Source: the human T2T-CHM13v2.0 reference genome, Homo sapiens. Taken from it: a stretch of 64,000 nucleotides of DNA. Made by a program: the position numbers and the translations under genes. The number at the start of each line of letters is the position of its first letter. The stretch's first letter is position 1. The stretch is from assembly GCF_009914755.1 (NCBI RefSeq), contig NC_060930.1. One strand, given 5' to 3'. The notes beneath the pieces are model-generated. The model was not told the origin of the DNA and searched no databases. It saw only the letters and a list, made by a program, of their open reading frames with translations. Shown one piece after another: positions 1 to 20,553 of this stretch.

Positions 1-228
1 CACTGCAAGCTCCGCCTCCTGGGTTCACGCCATTCTCCTGCCTCAGCCTCCTGAGTAGCTGGGACTACAGGCGCCAGCCACCACGCCCGGCTAATTTTTT
101 TGTGTTTTTAGTAGAGACTGGGTTTCACCGTGTTAGCCAGGATGGTCTCGATCTCCTGACCTCGTGATCCGCCCGCCTCGGCCTCCCAAAGTGCTGCGAT
201 TACAGGCGTGAGCCACCGCGCCCAGCCC
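1..228 (-). mobile_element. AluY-like element, cut by the window edge
   Basis: CACTGCAAGCTCCGCCTCC...TTCACCGTGTTAGCCAGGATGG, AluY diagnostic features. Confidence 0.9.
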
Positions 229-1732
229 AGCTGCTGCTTTTTTAAAAAACCCTGGCCATTTGGGAGGTTTCCTCTTTTCCTGCATAATTTATTAGTCAAC
301 CAAATATTTGGACAGAGAATATACTCAGACTTTATGGCTTCTCTGTGACTTACTTGCTTCTAAGGATGCCTCCTCAATTCTAACTTCTTTGCCAACCTTG
401 GACTCTGTTCTCTTACCCATCAAGCCTGCAAGGCTTTAGCTTTCTGCTACCTGAGCTGCACATTCTTGGAGAATAAATACACTCAGCTGAAAAGCAGAAA
501 ACTCATTGATCTTACTCTGGGTCATTCTATTTTTTGAAAGTAAATTTCTCTCTGGTTTCTGCCTGCTTTTATACTATGTTCTTTAGGTCTCCCACATGCA
601 TGCTCAGTATAGCAGGTGAATTGATCCAATGAGTTTTTAATTTCAGATATTGTATTTTTCTCTTCTAGAATGTCTAGTTGGTTCTTTGGTTATGAATTCA
701 AATTTTCTTTTAACACACATCTTATTCTTTTTTATCAACTTTCATACATTTTTGACATATCAATCATGGTTAGTTTCAAATCATTGTCTGCTAAATCCAA
801 CATGATGTGTCTACTTCTATTTTCTGTTTTGATTTTTAAATCACCTTTTCCTGTGTTTTTGCATATCTAGCAATTTTGACTGTATTCTGTAGGATATATA
901 TAAATGAATCATAGAGGCTCCAGATGGCATCTTACTCCACCATGAGTTTCTCTTTTCTTCTGTAGATAGGGTGAGAGATTGATTACCTCAATCCAACCAG
1001 GGGTTTAGCTGGATTGGGACCACATTGTAATTTCAGTAAGCTAGGTCTTCTCTGGTTCACCCCTATTCCTTAGACATGTTCCTCCAAGGCTGTCGATTGA
1101 GACCCTAGAAGTCTTTGTCTCTTTAGTCCTGAAAGAGTACAGCACATTCTATTCTGCTCTTTGAAGATTCCAAGCTTCAAATGTGGCAGATTGTCTTGAG
1201 GTAGAATCCAGTTATGTGCTTGAAGCAGGCCCCTTCTCTCTAGCAGGATTTTGTCTCCTAAAGAATGCAGAATTATTGATTTCGTTCTACTTCTTCAAAC
1301 ACAGCCTCTTAGCTTCTTTCTAATAACCCCAGAATTCAACTAATGTTTCACAGGGACACTAACCACATTTGCTGCTCTCCAAATTTCCAATCTGTCATAC
1401 CAGCCTTGCACAGTTTTATTGGTTTCTCTTTTCTCCGGCAGAGTCCCACTGCATAGCTAAGCCTGATGCTCCCTCAGTGCTTAGATTCAGCAAAGGGCCC
1501 AATGAAGAAAACAGCAGGTAATTATCAACTTACTCCAGAAGGACTTCCCATTCTCTCTGGAATTTCAATTCATCTAGTCTGTGTTGCTCTCACAGCTCTT
1601 TGATGTCTAAAAAATGTGATTTTTGTAATTTATCCAGTTTTCTGATTGTTGTACAGGAGCACTATGCAGCTATGACCTACTTCCACAAGTGGAAAGCCAC
1701 TTATGGGCAACATAATCAAATTGGTGTCTATT

Positions 1733-2318
1733 GGCTGGGCACTGTGGCTCACGCCTGTAATCCCAGCACTTTGGGAGGCCAAAGCGGGTGGATCACTTGA
1801 GGACAGAAGTTGAAGACAAGCCTGGCCAACATGGTGAATCCCTGTCTCTACTAAAAATGCAAAACTTAACCAAGCGTGGTGGCACATGCCTGTAATCCCA
1901 GCTACTTGGGAGGCTGAGGCACAAGAATCGCTTGAGCCTAGGAGGCACAGGTTGCACCACTGCACTCCAGCCTGGGTGACAGAGTGAGGCTCTGTCTCAA
2001 AAGAAAAAAAAAAAAAAGCCCAAATTGGTGTTATTGCAGCCAGGCATGGTGGCTCATGCCTGTAATCCCAGCACTTTGGAAGGCCAGGGAAGGCAGATTG
2101 CCTGCCTGGGCAATATGGCAAAACCCGATCTCTACAAAAAAATAGAAAAATTAGCCCAGCATGGTGGTATCTGCCTATAGTCTCAGCTACTCAGGAGATT
2201 TAGGTGGGAGGATTGCTTGAGCCCAGGAGGTGGAGGTTACACTGAGTCGAGATATTGCCACTGCTCTCCAGCCTGGGTGACAGAGCCAGATCCTGTCTCC
2301 AAAAAAAAAAAAAAAAAA
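1733..2318 (+). mobile_element. Two tandem Alus (AluS-like 1733-2017, AluJ-like 2038-2318)
   Basis: Alu consensus, A tails and a shared target-site repeat. Confidence 0.9.
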
Positions 2319-2849
2319 TATTTTTTTAAAGGAAAAAAATTGGTGTTTATTGCAGTGACACAAAAACTGATCTTGATATTAGATCATACTAGCTATTTGA
2401 CTCTAGATAATTCACTTAATATCTCTTAGGGATAATAGTGGCTACTTCTCTGGGTTCTTATATAGGTCAGGTGAAATAATATTTATATAAAGCACTTTCA
2501 AGATGCAAAGTGCTTTACATAAAAAGCAGTCCTTTCATTCATTCAAAGTCACTTATTGAATACTTAATATATGCTAGACACTTTACTAGGAGGTGGGTGG
2601 GAGAAATGAATAAGATTGGAAAACATGGTCTCACAAGAAGCTCGTAACTCTAGCAGGGAAGAATAATACATAATTAAATAACAGCATTATATTTTTACTA
2701 TTGTAGATGTAGGTATAAGGTAAAATGGCACCATAGAGAAAGGAGTAACTCAGTATACTCTGATAGCAAAGAGAAATTATAGGACACTTCCCAGAGAAAG
2801 TGAGGATTTAGCCAAATCTTAGGGACTTCCAAGTGAAAATTAATTCATT

Positions 2850-3137
2850 GTTGTAGAGACTACCTGTTGTCTACCTGAATCCATTCTCTATCTGTTCCAT
2901 AGAAGACAGTCATAGTTGGTTAAATAGCTATGCAGCTAGAGAATATAATCTCATCCTGCCTTGTACCTAGGTATGATATGGCCATATCAAAGTTCTCACT
3001 TAGATGAAAATAAGTAAACTTTGCCATGTATGGATCCTGGCCTTAAAACTATATATATATATGTATATTATAGTTTTAAGTTTTAAACTATATATATATA
3101 TGTATATTATAGTTTTAAGTTTTAAACTATGTAAATA

Positions 3138-3176
<39 letters not shown>

Positions 3177-3440
3177 TCTCCATGCTGCTTCTCTCTTTAA
3201 GAGCTAGAGTACAGGCAGTCTTATTCTTAACTTCGCCATGCAGACAAGGATAGCAACCTAGGAGACAGCTGAGCAGCAAGATGAAAGAAACTCCAGTCCC
3301 TAAAAGGTCATATGCGTCAGAGACATCCTACTAACTCTGACTGCTCACCTCTAAACTGTTTCAAGAGAGAAAAGTAACTCCTGTTTTATTTAAGCCACTC
3401 TATTTTGGTAACTTTTTGTTACAGTATCTCATCTGTACCT
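2850..3440 (+). mobile_element. MLT1-family (MaLR) solo LTR
   Basis: Typical MLT1 3' end TTTTATTTAAGCCACT...TTTTTGTTACAG. Confidence 0.6.
3046..3175. repeat. 39-bp AT-rich tandem repeat (~2.2 copies) followed by (CA)n
   Basis: AAACTAT recurs with period 39 (C at 3049, 3088, 3127); CA run at ~3137-3175. Confidence 0.9.
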
Positions 3441-3459
3441 AATTGCCCTAAATAAATAC

Positions 3460-3800
3460 TTACAAAAAACAATCAGAAAAAAGATGAACAACTCAAATGG
3501 AAAATGGGTGAAGGCCATGAACAATTTATGTAGATGGCCAATAAACATATGGAAACAAATGTTCAAACTTACGATTAAAGAAGTACAAATGAAAATAAGA
3601 TGTCTTTTTACCTATCAAATGATTATATGTACATAATACAACCTAGCAATTCACTTCAAAGGGTATTTATTTTAGAATATGGGAATATGTTTAGAGTTAC
3701 TATAATTTATATAAGTCAGAATTCAGAAATAACTTATATTCTCAATACCAGGTTACTGAGTTAAATAAATTATTGTATAGTGGAACGATATTCCATCATT
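3460..3800 (+). mobile_element. Old L1 (L1M) fragment
   Basis: AAAATGGGTGAAGGCCATGAACA...ATGGCCAATAAACATATG, from the L1 ORF2 3' region. Confidence 0.6.
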
Positions 3801-3939
3801 AAAAAATAATTTGGTATAGGCCCAAATAAGAGTAATCCCAGCTGACTGGACAGTCATGTTTGAATGACTATATTTGTAGACCCAGATTCTAGATACAGAA
3901 ATACACTTTAAGAGATTGGGCCCAATGCAAGGATCAAAA

Positions 3940-4565
3940 AAATAATTGTCATTCTTTTCCAAAATCTTATTAGAGGGAAAAAACATCCCTAGAAGTTATG
4001 ACTGTAACCTGGCAACTAAAAAATTACACGATTTGTGCAGGCCCCTGCCTGAGAAATTATTCCATGAACTGAAGTTTAACTGAAGTGGTTATGATTCATC
4101 ACAGAGGACCCATAATAAAAACATAGTGAGTATTTTTCTGAGGCTTTTCATAACCATGAATCAATGACACAAGTTCTGGAATTTAACTTTGAATGTGGCT
4201 TCAAATTCTAGAGGACAAGAAGTGTAAGTGAACTTTGTAGCGCCCTTGGTGTTGTGTTGGTTTGTTTTCTCATGCTCATCAATAATCCACAGAAAGAAAA
4301 ATAACAAATCTCACTTTGCTGTTGTGTTGAGTTGTTGCCTCTTATAAAGTCATTACCCAAAAGTAAATGGAGAATATAAGATAATTGGTCTAAATTTATT
4401 TTAAACTGTTATTTTTTATAAGGCCAAACCAAATGTGATGAAAATGATAAGATTTTAAAACAATTAAATGAAATATGGAAATGGGAAGACCATCTTACTT
4501 CGGTTTCAGAACATCCTAGTAAAATGGCTAAGTATGTAGAGGCATGTTTATTGTGGTTTCATTGA
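3940..4565 (+). pseudogene. KATNBL1P: Old processed pseudogene of KATNBL1 (C15orf29), 5'-truncated; 3'UTR remnant may extend further
   Basis: Intronless, with stops and frameshifts. Translations [71 protein letters not shown] and ILKQLNEIWKWEDHLT...MAKYVEACLLWFH* (TGA 4563-4565) match KATNBL1 segments [52 protein letters not shown] and AKDVDAYLLQLH*. Confidence 0.9.
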
Positions 4566-4807
4566 AAGGCTTTGCCTACTAAAGAGTGTTTGATTATTCA
4601 AAATATCTCAAAATATATAGTTTACAGAAAGATTCGGAGAACTATGAACTGTGGAGGGAATAAAACCTTTTTTTTAAAGCCACATAATGAAACCACCAAT
4701 GAAACAACAATCTACTTCACAGCAAAGTGGAAAAACATCTGAAAGAACATTTTCAAACTCAATGGGGTGACAGTGCACTGTGAAAAATTCCTCCAATGAA
4801 ATTTCTA

Positions 4808-8216
<3,409 letters not shown>

Positions 8217-8479
8217 AAGGGAGTGGGGGAAGCATTCTGATTTCTTCCTGACCTCGTTCTTTATCGCCTCCCTCAAGTTCACATTATTTATTGGTTGGTG
8301 GTCCCAAATAACTTTAGAACAGCATAGTGGAACCCCAAATAACTTCAAAGGCAGACTGGCTTATTTGTTCACAGAATTTCAAATATCTAAGATGGTGCCC
8401 TTGACCAATTGCTTTTCCCTCTGATCACATTTGACCTCTGTCTTCTCAGACACTTTTATTGCACATGATGGTATAAAAA

Positions 8480-8710
8480 AGAGAACATAAGCTCTGGAGT
8501 TGGGCTGTTCTGGATTTGAATCCTGGCGATGCAAGTTATTGGTTATGGGAGCTTGACAATAATTGTTTTATTTCTCTAAGCCTTAGTTTCTACATTGTCA
8601 AAGTTGAAAGAAAACTTTTTCCATGCACTCCTTAGAAAAATGTCAGACTAAACACGCCAAGTGCCTAGCCCAGTGCTTGGTACAGGGTAGGCACTTAAAA
8701 AATGTTAGTT
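8480..8710. mobile_element. MIR
   Basis: GCTCTGGAGTTGGG...GGATTTGAATCCTGGC...CTCTAAGCCTTAGTTTC. Confidence 0.75.
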
Positions 8711-10072
8711 TACATCCCACGCCTGATTAACTTTAATGTTGCTCCCATCCTACTTCCATCTTCAGCATATTATCATTATGACAGTGGTTCTCTCTGAATG
8801 TTATGCTACATCCTCCAAGAGACTACATGCTCGTTGGAAATGAAGACAATGCCCAGTCTTTTATAAAGATCTTGTAAGCCCTGGCTCCAATGATGGACAG
8901 TAACTGATATGCATGGCTAACCCAAACTTGTAGCCCAGTGTAATCTGGGTGTATGCCTAGGCTAGCGCTTGTCATATCAACTAGCTATTAATATACTCTG
9001 TTCAGAAAACCTGGCAATGGCTGTTACATTTTTTAGTTCTAGCAAGATATTTTCCGATATCCAGTAAAAACATAGATTTTTTAAAAACTATTCAAATCAA
9101 TACACACTAGGCAGGATCATTTGAAAGTGTGCTCTCTGCAAAGACAGCAAGTCAATATTTTAAGGAGGGTATTGATTTTTTATTTGTAAACACATGAGCC
9201 CAGGCTACTCTACAGGACCATGCTGTGGGCCTGTTCAGAGATGAGACCACATCATTAAAAAAACGAAACAACAACCAAAAAGCTTTGATGCGCTCTTGGA
9301 CAGGATCCACGGCAAATACACCTTCAAGTAAATTGCCCCGAGTCTCAAAGTGTTCCAGATGCAACATGTTATTTTACAGTCTTGGACAGTTTCCAAACTA
9401 TCTATCAACTGAAAATGATTCACTGATCTATGATATAAAGTTCTGTGTGCCTTGAGGGAAAAGATCAGGACTTTTTGAAATCTCATCTACCTTTGTAGAT
9501 CAGAGCATATAGTACCATGAATTAAGTAGGTGTTAAATAACTGTGGGTTGGATTGAACTTATTGATCAGGGGTGATATGTTTGTTGGCAGAAATAATTAG
9601 TGAAATACTTTATTTTTATATTTTAATTTAAAAAGTGATGCTCACAATCTTACTGCAGCTGAGATTTTTCAAGGCTGGGGTACTTTCCATAAGTTATAGA
9701 GCTTGCTAATTATGTTTGGAGGTTTGAATATAGTTGCACATATTTAGAGTCAAATTCCTTCTATTAATAAATATTCTTGCCTGTGAGTATTTCTCCTTCA
9801 AATTCTGTCTTCTTCAGTTTCAAACAGTTTAAAACATAAACGGGCTTAAATCAAGCTACAAAATGTGACTTCTAAGCCAACAGTTGAGAAAGACCATCTT
9901 TTCTATTTCTACAAAAAAATAATGAGATGATTGAACATCATTCCAAATGGGAGTCATCACCTGTCCTAAAGATTGCTTTAAATAAACATCTCATTCAGTG
10001 AACTGATAAAGTGGTAAATTAGATACATTGCTAATTACTATGTTGTCCTGTAGCTGTAAGTAAAAGCCAAGA

Positions 10073-12478
<2,406 letters not shown>

Positions 12479-15256
12479 TCACACAGATATATCATTTAAG
12501 ATTAAGGCAGGGATGTGGGCTTTCTTGTACGTGAGAGCTCTTCTCACCCTCAAACTAAGTAAATTGGTATTATTCAGCTTTCCTCATGTGATTAAAAAAA
12601 AATCAAACTTTATGGTTGTACACTGAAACTTCTCCAGGTTCCCTCTTTTCTTTTGAGTTGTGGAAACTTGAACTGTATTTATGCAAAAATAAAATATCCA
12701 AGATCGTATTCTTTTGGGGCCAATTCTGATGGTGGTATTTGCTATTGCTGTCTTTGGATATCTCTTTAGTTCTGCAGAAAACTTACCTACTAATAATGGT
12801 TAATAATGTGTGCCTCAGCAGCAACAGATGCAATAAGATTATAGTTAAGAACCTGGGTTCAAGTACTAGCTCTTTCATTTACTAGTTGTGTTCCCATTGT
12901 TGAACAAATAAATAAAACAATAAACTTATATTTCCTATTACTTGTTAATAAAAGTGAATCAGAAAGCCTAATGAGAATAAATGTTTTAAAAGATGATGAG
13001 GGAGCTTTAAAAAAATAAATTTTGCTGCACTCTAAGATGTAAAATATATGTAATTATATGTGCATGTTAGTGTGCGGATATCCAGGACATTGACACTAAG
13101 GTGATGGTTATGCAATTGATTGACACTGAAATATGTTTGTTCAGTGCCACTAAGGAGCCAGCCTCAGATCTTAAACATCTCAACAATTACTATGAGTCCA
13201 TGGGGGCCATACAAGTTGTAGGCTCCTTATCACATTTGTCTTAAATAGTATTTTTTAAATTACAAGAACCCTTAGCCCAGATAATCCATGTTGTCATACA
13301 GTGAATAGATATCAGATGTGTTGACATGTTGGTTCTCTCAGCCCACAGGGCAGCCAGGCAGGGCCTGGGGATGTGCTCGATCCCCTGGGAAGACCTCCTT
13401 CAGTTGAGAGCTACCTTATCTGTTTATGCTGATGTGCTGAACAAATATAATCATTTTCTATGTGTGCATGTGATAGACTCTGGTCTCACTGCAGATCACG
13501 TCTACATTCAAGTAATATACTTCAATTTGTCTTGACTTTTCACACTAGTTCTCATTCTAGCTCTTCCTATTTTGTTTAAATTATTTATGCTTTTCTCACA
13601 GCCAGTGCTGCTTTTTCAAATGTGGGATGTCCAAGGACTGGAGCATCTGTTAGTGAGCAGCAAGGTTCCTGGCAATGTCTGTATGTGCTTGGAGGCATCA
13701 TTAAAATGTCCCCGGAACTGTGACTTAGAGCTGGATAAGACAAGAGGGATATGTGGAATCTAACCAGGTCTCAATTAGGAGACATGAAAAGAATTTCAGA
13801 AAAAAAAAATTAATCTTAAATTATTTTAATATAATCAAATAATAAAACAATCTAGAATGAGTTGCCGAATTAATCCAGCCTTGACACTTACGTAATATGT
13901 TACTTGGTTACATGGAGGGCGTGGGCTTGGAAACTTCCACATGCCCGTCATGGCTGAGAGGGAAATTGTCTTAGATGCCTCAGCTTAAGCTCCTTACCAA
14001 AATCTCTGGTATGATAGTGGGAAGACTGAATTGTTTTTTTCTTGAAAGTGAATTAGTCCTAAAAAGAGCTAGAATTTAGTACAGGAATGCTTTTTTAAAA
14101 GCAAAAAATTAGTTCTAATATTTCAGGTTTATGTTTGTGGATAAACTGTGACTAATGTGGTAGCTTTAAGTAATGTAATGTTTAAGAAATTCTGAATATA
14201 TTAATTATTCAATAGATTAGCCAAATGGCCCTGAATTTAAAATTTGAAACATCACCATTGATCCAGACTTCTCTTAGGTTGAAAGCCTTAAGACAATTTT
14301 ATGTAATTTATAAGGATTCAGCATAAATACAAGATTATTAGGTTTATTATGCTTATTTAAATAACCAGGAAGGTTTCTTTGTAAGTCAGAAAACTAAAGA
14401 ACTTAAAAAATTTGAAAATAATAAATGTATAAGTTACTTAAAATATTTAACAAAGTTTGCAAATCGGACTAAGCAATAATCAAAGGTCACCTTAAAAATG
14501 AATTTTATAATATTACCTTATTTATAAATTGAATTTTTAAATATATAAAATAAACTTAAATGTAAGGGGAAACTGGGCTTTTGCATTTGTTACTTAAATC
14601 AATCAAATGTTAATTTTAAAAACCAAAGTGAGCCCTGAATAATTTGGAAGAGGGTTTAGAGATGCCAAAAATTCCTGTTGATCAAAAGATATCATATCGA
14701 AAGGGTGATTAAAACATTTATTCCGAAAGGAAAATGTGTGGTATCCATTTTGTTAAAAATGATAAATTATAATGTTTTATACAAAATAAATGAATCTTAT
14801 CATTGCCTCCTTATGACGAAATTAGTGTTTTTGTCATTAAAAATGAATTTGTTAGGTTTGCAGTCTCATTGATCTCTCAGGATTTAGAAATAATTATTTT
14901 TTGCTGAATTAAAGATAGCTCTATTTTTTAATTGTTATTAGCTTCAAAAAGAGTAGCAAATTCACAGGAGGGAAAGTTTAAGCTCATTTCGGATAAAAAT
15001 TGGGATCTTAAGTTTAAGCATGAAGGACATCCACTCTCCCTTGCTTATTTCAGTCTCTCTCTCAGACACATTTAGAAGCAGAAGAGTTATGTATAGTTAA
15101 GTTCAGCCTCCCCTGTTTTCAGTGAGAAAACCAAGGCTAAGAAATGTTACATAATTTAAGTAAAAATATGTGGTGAGAGGTACAATATGGTGTGGTTGAT
15201 AGTTGACAGGATTTGGTGTCATAAACCCTGTTGGGTTTTTTGTTTGTTTAAGATTT

Positions 15257-15258
<2 letters not shown>

Positions 15259-15297
<39 letters not shown>

Positions 15298-15864
15298 GCT
15301 GGGCGCAGTGGCTCACACCTGTAATCCTAGAACTTCGGGAGGCCAAGGTGGGCAGATCACCTGATGTCAGGAGTTCAAGACCAGCCTGACCAACATGGTG
15401 AAACCCCGTCTCTACTAAAAATACATACATTAGCTGGGCATGGTGGCGTGCAACTGTAGTCCCAGCTACTTGGGAGGCTGAGCCACGAGAATCGCTTGAA
15501 CCCAGGAGAATTCCTTGAACCCAGGAGGCGGAGGTTGTGGTGAGCCGAGATTGTGCCACTGCACTCCAGCCTGGGCAACAGAATGAGACTCTGGCTCAAA
15601 AATTACCATATGTTTGTTTCCTAATAATAAACATTTATTGAATTCTTTAAATATTTCAATATGCTTTATATGTATTTATTTCCCTTAAACACCAGAGCAA
15701 CCTAGTGAACTAAGTGATATCCCCATTTTATAGATGGGAAAACTGAGACTCAAAGCGATAAGATAATGAGAGGATCACGTGAGCCCAGGAGTTTGAGGCT
15801 GCAGGGAGTTGTGACAGTGCCACTGTACTCCAGCCTAGGTGAGAGTGAGACCCTTCTAAAAAAA
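15259..15864 (+). mobile_element. (TTG)n 15259-15298, Alu 15298-15600, MIR ~15620-15760, Alu right arm 15768-15864
   Basis: Direct reading; the Alu carries an internal duplication of CTTGAACCCAGGAG. Confidence 0.85.
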
Positions 15865-16985
15865 ATTTTTTTTTTTAATATTCAGAAGATCTGATTTTAA
15901 AACTTGCCTTCATTACGTGTTTGTTGCCTTGTGACTCTGGGATGTCTTCCTACCAAGACCTTACCCTAGGTTAGCTCAGCAGGTTTTTGTGACAAGCAAA
16001 CATAAACAAGTATAGGAAAACACTGTCTAAAAGTAATATATTATTCATTCACAATGGGGTGAAGCCTAGAACCCATTTATTCTGACTCAATTTAATGTTA
16101 TTTTGCTGACTAATTCTTAATCAAGTGTTCTTTACCTTCAAATAATTTTATTTTCCATCTGTGCCCGCTTTTGCCTATAGTGATGAATATTTATTGAGTA
16201 TGCATCTTGTTCTTGGCACCACGTAAGTATCACACACGTCAAGGTATATGAAAACTTGGCTTATGTTATCAAGAGACTTCATGGGATGATGAGAAATGCA
16301 GAAAAAAACTGAAATCCTGATCTTCTCTTTTTTCCATCACTTCTCTGCACCTCATATTTTCCATCTATAAAATAAGTGATAATACCACCACATGAAAAAT
16401 CATAGAAAGAATTTAGCAACGTAACTAGTAAAAGTGAATACATACAAACCATATGTGATAGAATGGATGAATCCTACTAAGAACAGTTACCAGGTAACTG
16501 AAGCTAAACAACTCTCAGAGGACTGAGGGATGTTACATTTCTGACCAAGTAGAGTAGAAACACCTTGCTAAATACTTATGTATTCACTAAAGGCCCCAGA
16601 AAAGCTGCACCTTTGGAGCAAAGCTAAAATAGGGTACTCCACACCGACCCTAACAAAGATTAACAACAACCTTTAAGCCGGTCATGGTGATGCATGTCTG
16701 TAGTCCCAGCTACTCAGGAGGCTGAAGCAGGAGGACTACTTGAGCCCAAGAGTTGAGCCCAGCCTTGGCAATATAGCAGATCCAGTTTTTTATAAAACAA
16801 ACAAACAAACAAATCATTTGAAAGAATCAGTAAGCCTGCTAGAAAAAAACTCAAAATAATATTGTTATGTTTAAAGGAAGATTACAAAGTCTAGACACTA
16901 AATGATACAACCTTCACCATGTCCATCATCTAATCCAAGATTCTAACGCAGAGAAGCAAGAAAATGTGACCCAAAAACAAAACCA

Positions 16986-17567
16986 GCCTTTTGGCCAGAA
17001 CCGTCATCTTCCAGTAATTTGCCAAAATGATGAATACAAAGGCAAAAAGGAAAGGCACTGGATATATGTTCTCTAGGCCTTTACAAAAACATGGAGTTGT
17101 TCCTTTGGCCACATATATGCTAATCTATAAGAAAGGTGATATTGCAGACATCAAGGGAAGGGGTACTGTTCAAAAAGGAATGCCCCACAGGTGTTACCAT
17201 GGCAAAACTGGAAGAGTCTACAATTTTACCCAGCATGCTTTTGGCATTGTTTTAAACAAACAAGTTAAGGGCAAGATTCTTGCCAAGAGAATTAATGTGC
17301 ATATTGAGCACATTAAACACTCTAAGAGCCGAGGTAGCTTCCTGAAATGCGTGAAGGAAAATGATCAGAAAAAGAAGGAAGCCAAAGAGAAAAGTACCTG
17401 GGTTCAACTGAAGCACCAGCCTGCTCCACCCAGAGAAGCACACTGTGTGAGAACCAACGGGAAAGAGCTTGAGCTGCTGGAATCTATTCCCTATGAATTC
17501 ATGCATAATAGGTGTTAAAGAAATAAAATAAAAGACCTCTGGACTATTTAAAAAAAAAAAAAAAAAA
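16986..17567 (+). pseudogene. RPL21P: RPL21 processed pseudogene (ORF 17027-17518 still open)
   Basis: The 163-aa ORF is clearly eL21 ([38 protein letters not shown]). It has a 5'UTR remnant, no introns, AATAAA near 17522 and a poly(A) at ~17550-17567. Confidence 0.97.
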
Positions 17568-17994
<427 letters not shown>

Positions 17995-18309
17995 CTAACA
18001 TTTAGGATCAAAATATTATTTGAGGGAGATGCAATGGGATGAGACAAGAAAGGCACATGTAGATAAATATAGGTTACTTATTCTGATTGTTGGGTTGGAT
18101 GTTTATTATATTATTGAATGGTATTGTGAATGGATCAAGGATGATGGCATATAAACACCCAAAGTTTATGGTTAACACAATTCTGTGCATCTGAAGTGCA
18201 GGAGAACAAGGTGGGAAGTAAAAAAGAAGAGTAGAAAAGAACACAGCATTATGAAGTCTGTGGCAGAAAACAATATAACTTTCTAGAGCATAAAAAAAAG
18301 GCCAATGTG

Positions 18310-18790
18310 AGCACGGCTGGAACTGGAGGACGTTATGTTAAGTGAAATAAGCCAGGAACAGAAAGTTAAACACCACATGTTCTCACACATATGTGGAAGC
18401 TAAAAAAAAAAAAAATGTTGAGCTCATAGAAGTAAAAAGTAGGACAGAGGATACCAGAGGCTGGGGAGGGTCATGGGAAGGGTGGGTCGGGGGCAGGATA
18501 GGGAGAGATTTGTTAAAGGACAAAATTACAGGTAGATAGGAGGAATAAGTTCTATTGTTCTATACCACTGTAGGTAATACATAGTTTCGAATAGCTAGAG
18601 GAGGAGGAGGATACAGAATGTTCCCAACCCAAGAAATGACCATTGTTTCAGATGATGGATATGCTAATTACCCTGATCTGATCACCATACATTATGTTTC
18701 AAAACAATACTATATACCCCCATGAATATGTACAATTATTATTTGTCAGTTTAAAGGTTTTTAAAAGATTAAAATTTAAAAAAAAAAGAA
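18310..18790 (+). mobile_element. L1MA 3' end
   Basis: GGAACTGGAGGACGTTATGTTAAGTGAAATAAGCCAGG...GATGGATATGCTAATTACCCTGAT, with A tail. Confidence 0.85.
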
Positions 18791-18798
18791 AAAAACCC

Positions 18799-19553
<755 letters not shown>

Positions 19554-19967
19554 TCATTCAAGCATTTATTAAATCATGATGTGAAATGCAACAGTCATAA
19601 ATTCTGGAATGTTTAACCCATTTAGCACGGGGGAGGGTAGAAAAGTCACATAGTAGCACTCAATAAATGTTAGTTCACATCCCCTTTATAACTGTAAAGT
19701 TCTGCAAAGGCAATACTAGTGTTTATTTTCGTATGGAGAAATAAAATAGAACAAGCATGATATCATGAAAACAACACTTAAAATGAGAGTTCTAGCTTTG
19801 CCAATAACTAGCTGTATGATATTAGGAAAATTATTCTCACTGGACTCCATCTGTAGTAACTGGAGTTTGGTATATTGGAAATTTCCAAGTGAGTTCCACA
19901 AAACACTAATGTCTTTTAGGATGTTAATAGGAGCTAAATGAGAAAGAATCTGTGATCAAGTCCTATT

Positions 19968-20368
19968 TGTAAGTGGACTGAATGTTTGTGTCCCCCCCAG
20001 ATTCATATTTTGAAGTCTTCACCTCTTGTATGGCTGTATATGGAGATGGGGCCTCTAAGGAAGTATTTAAGGTTGAATTAGGTCATAAGGGTGCAGAACT
20101 GATCCAATTGGATTAGTGTCATTAATAGAAGAGACATAAGAAGAGCACCTCTCACTCTGTCCAATATCATCCTCCAAGAAAAGACCCTGTGAAGACAAAA
20201 CAAGAAGGCAGGTATGTGTAAGCCAGGAAGAGAGCCTTCACTGGAAACCTAACAAGTCAGCACCTTGATCTTGAACTTCCAGCCTCCAGACTGTAAGAAA
20301 ATTAATTTTTCTTGTTTAAGACCCTAGCCCATGATATTTTTTTATGGCAGCCCAAGCTGCCAAATACG
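19968..20368 (+). mobile_element. MLT1A-like solo LTR
   Basis: GGACTGAATGTTTGTGTCCCCCCAGATTCATAT...TATGGCAGCCCAAGCTG. Confidence 0.8.
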
Positions 20369-20411
20369 GTTTTATGTATAACCCTTCTCAAAGATTTCTA
20401 ATACTCGGAGA

Positions 20412-20553
<142 letters not shown>

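Noticed and set aside
9152-9486. Overlapping short ORFs in non-repeat DNA
   Set aside because: No recognisable homology or splice-supported exon structure.
15248-15559. ORF ending in poly-Gln
   Set aside because: Antisense Alu plus a (TTG)n microsatellite.
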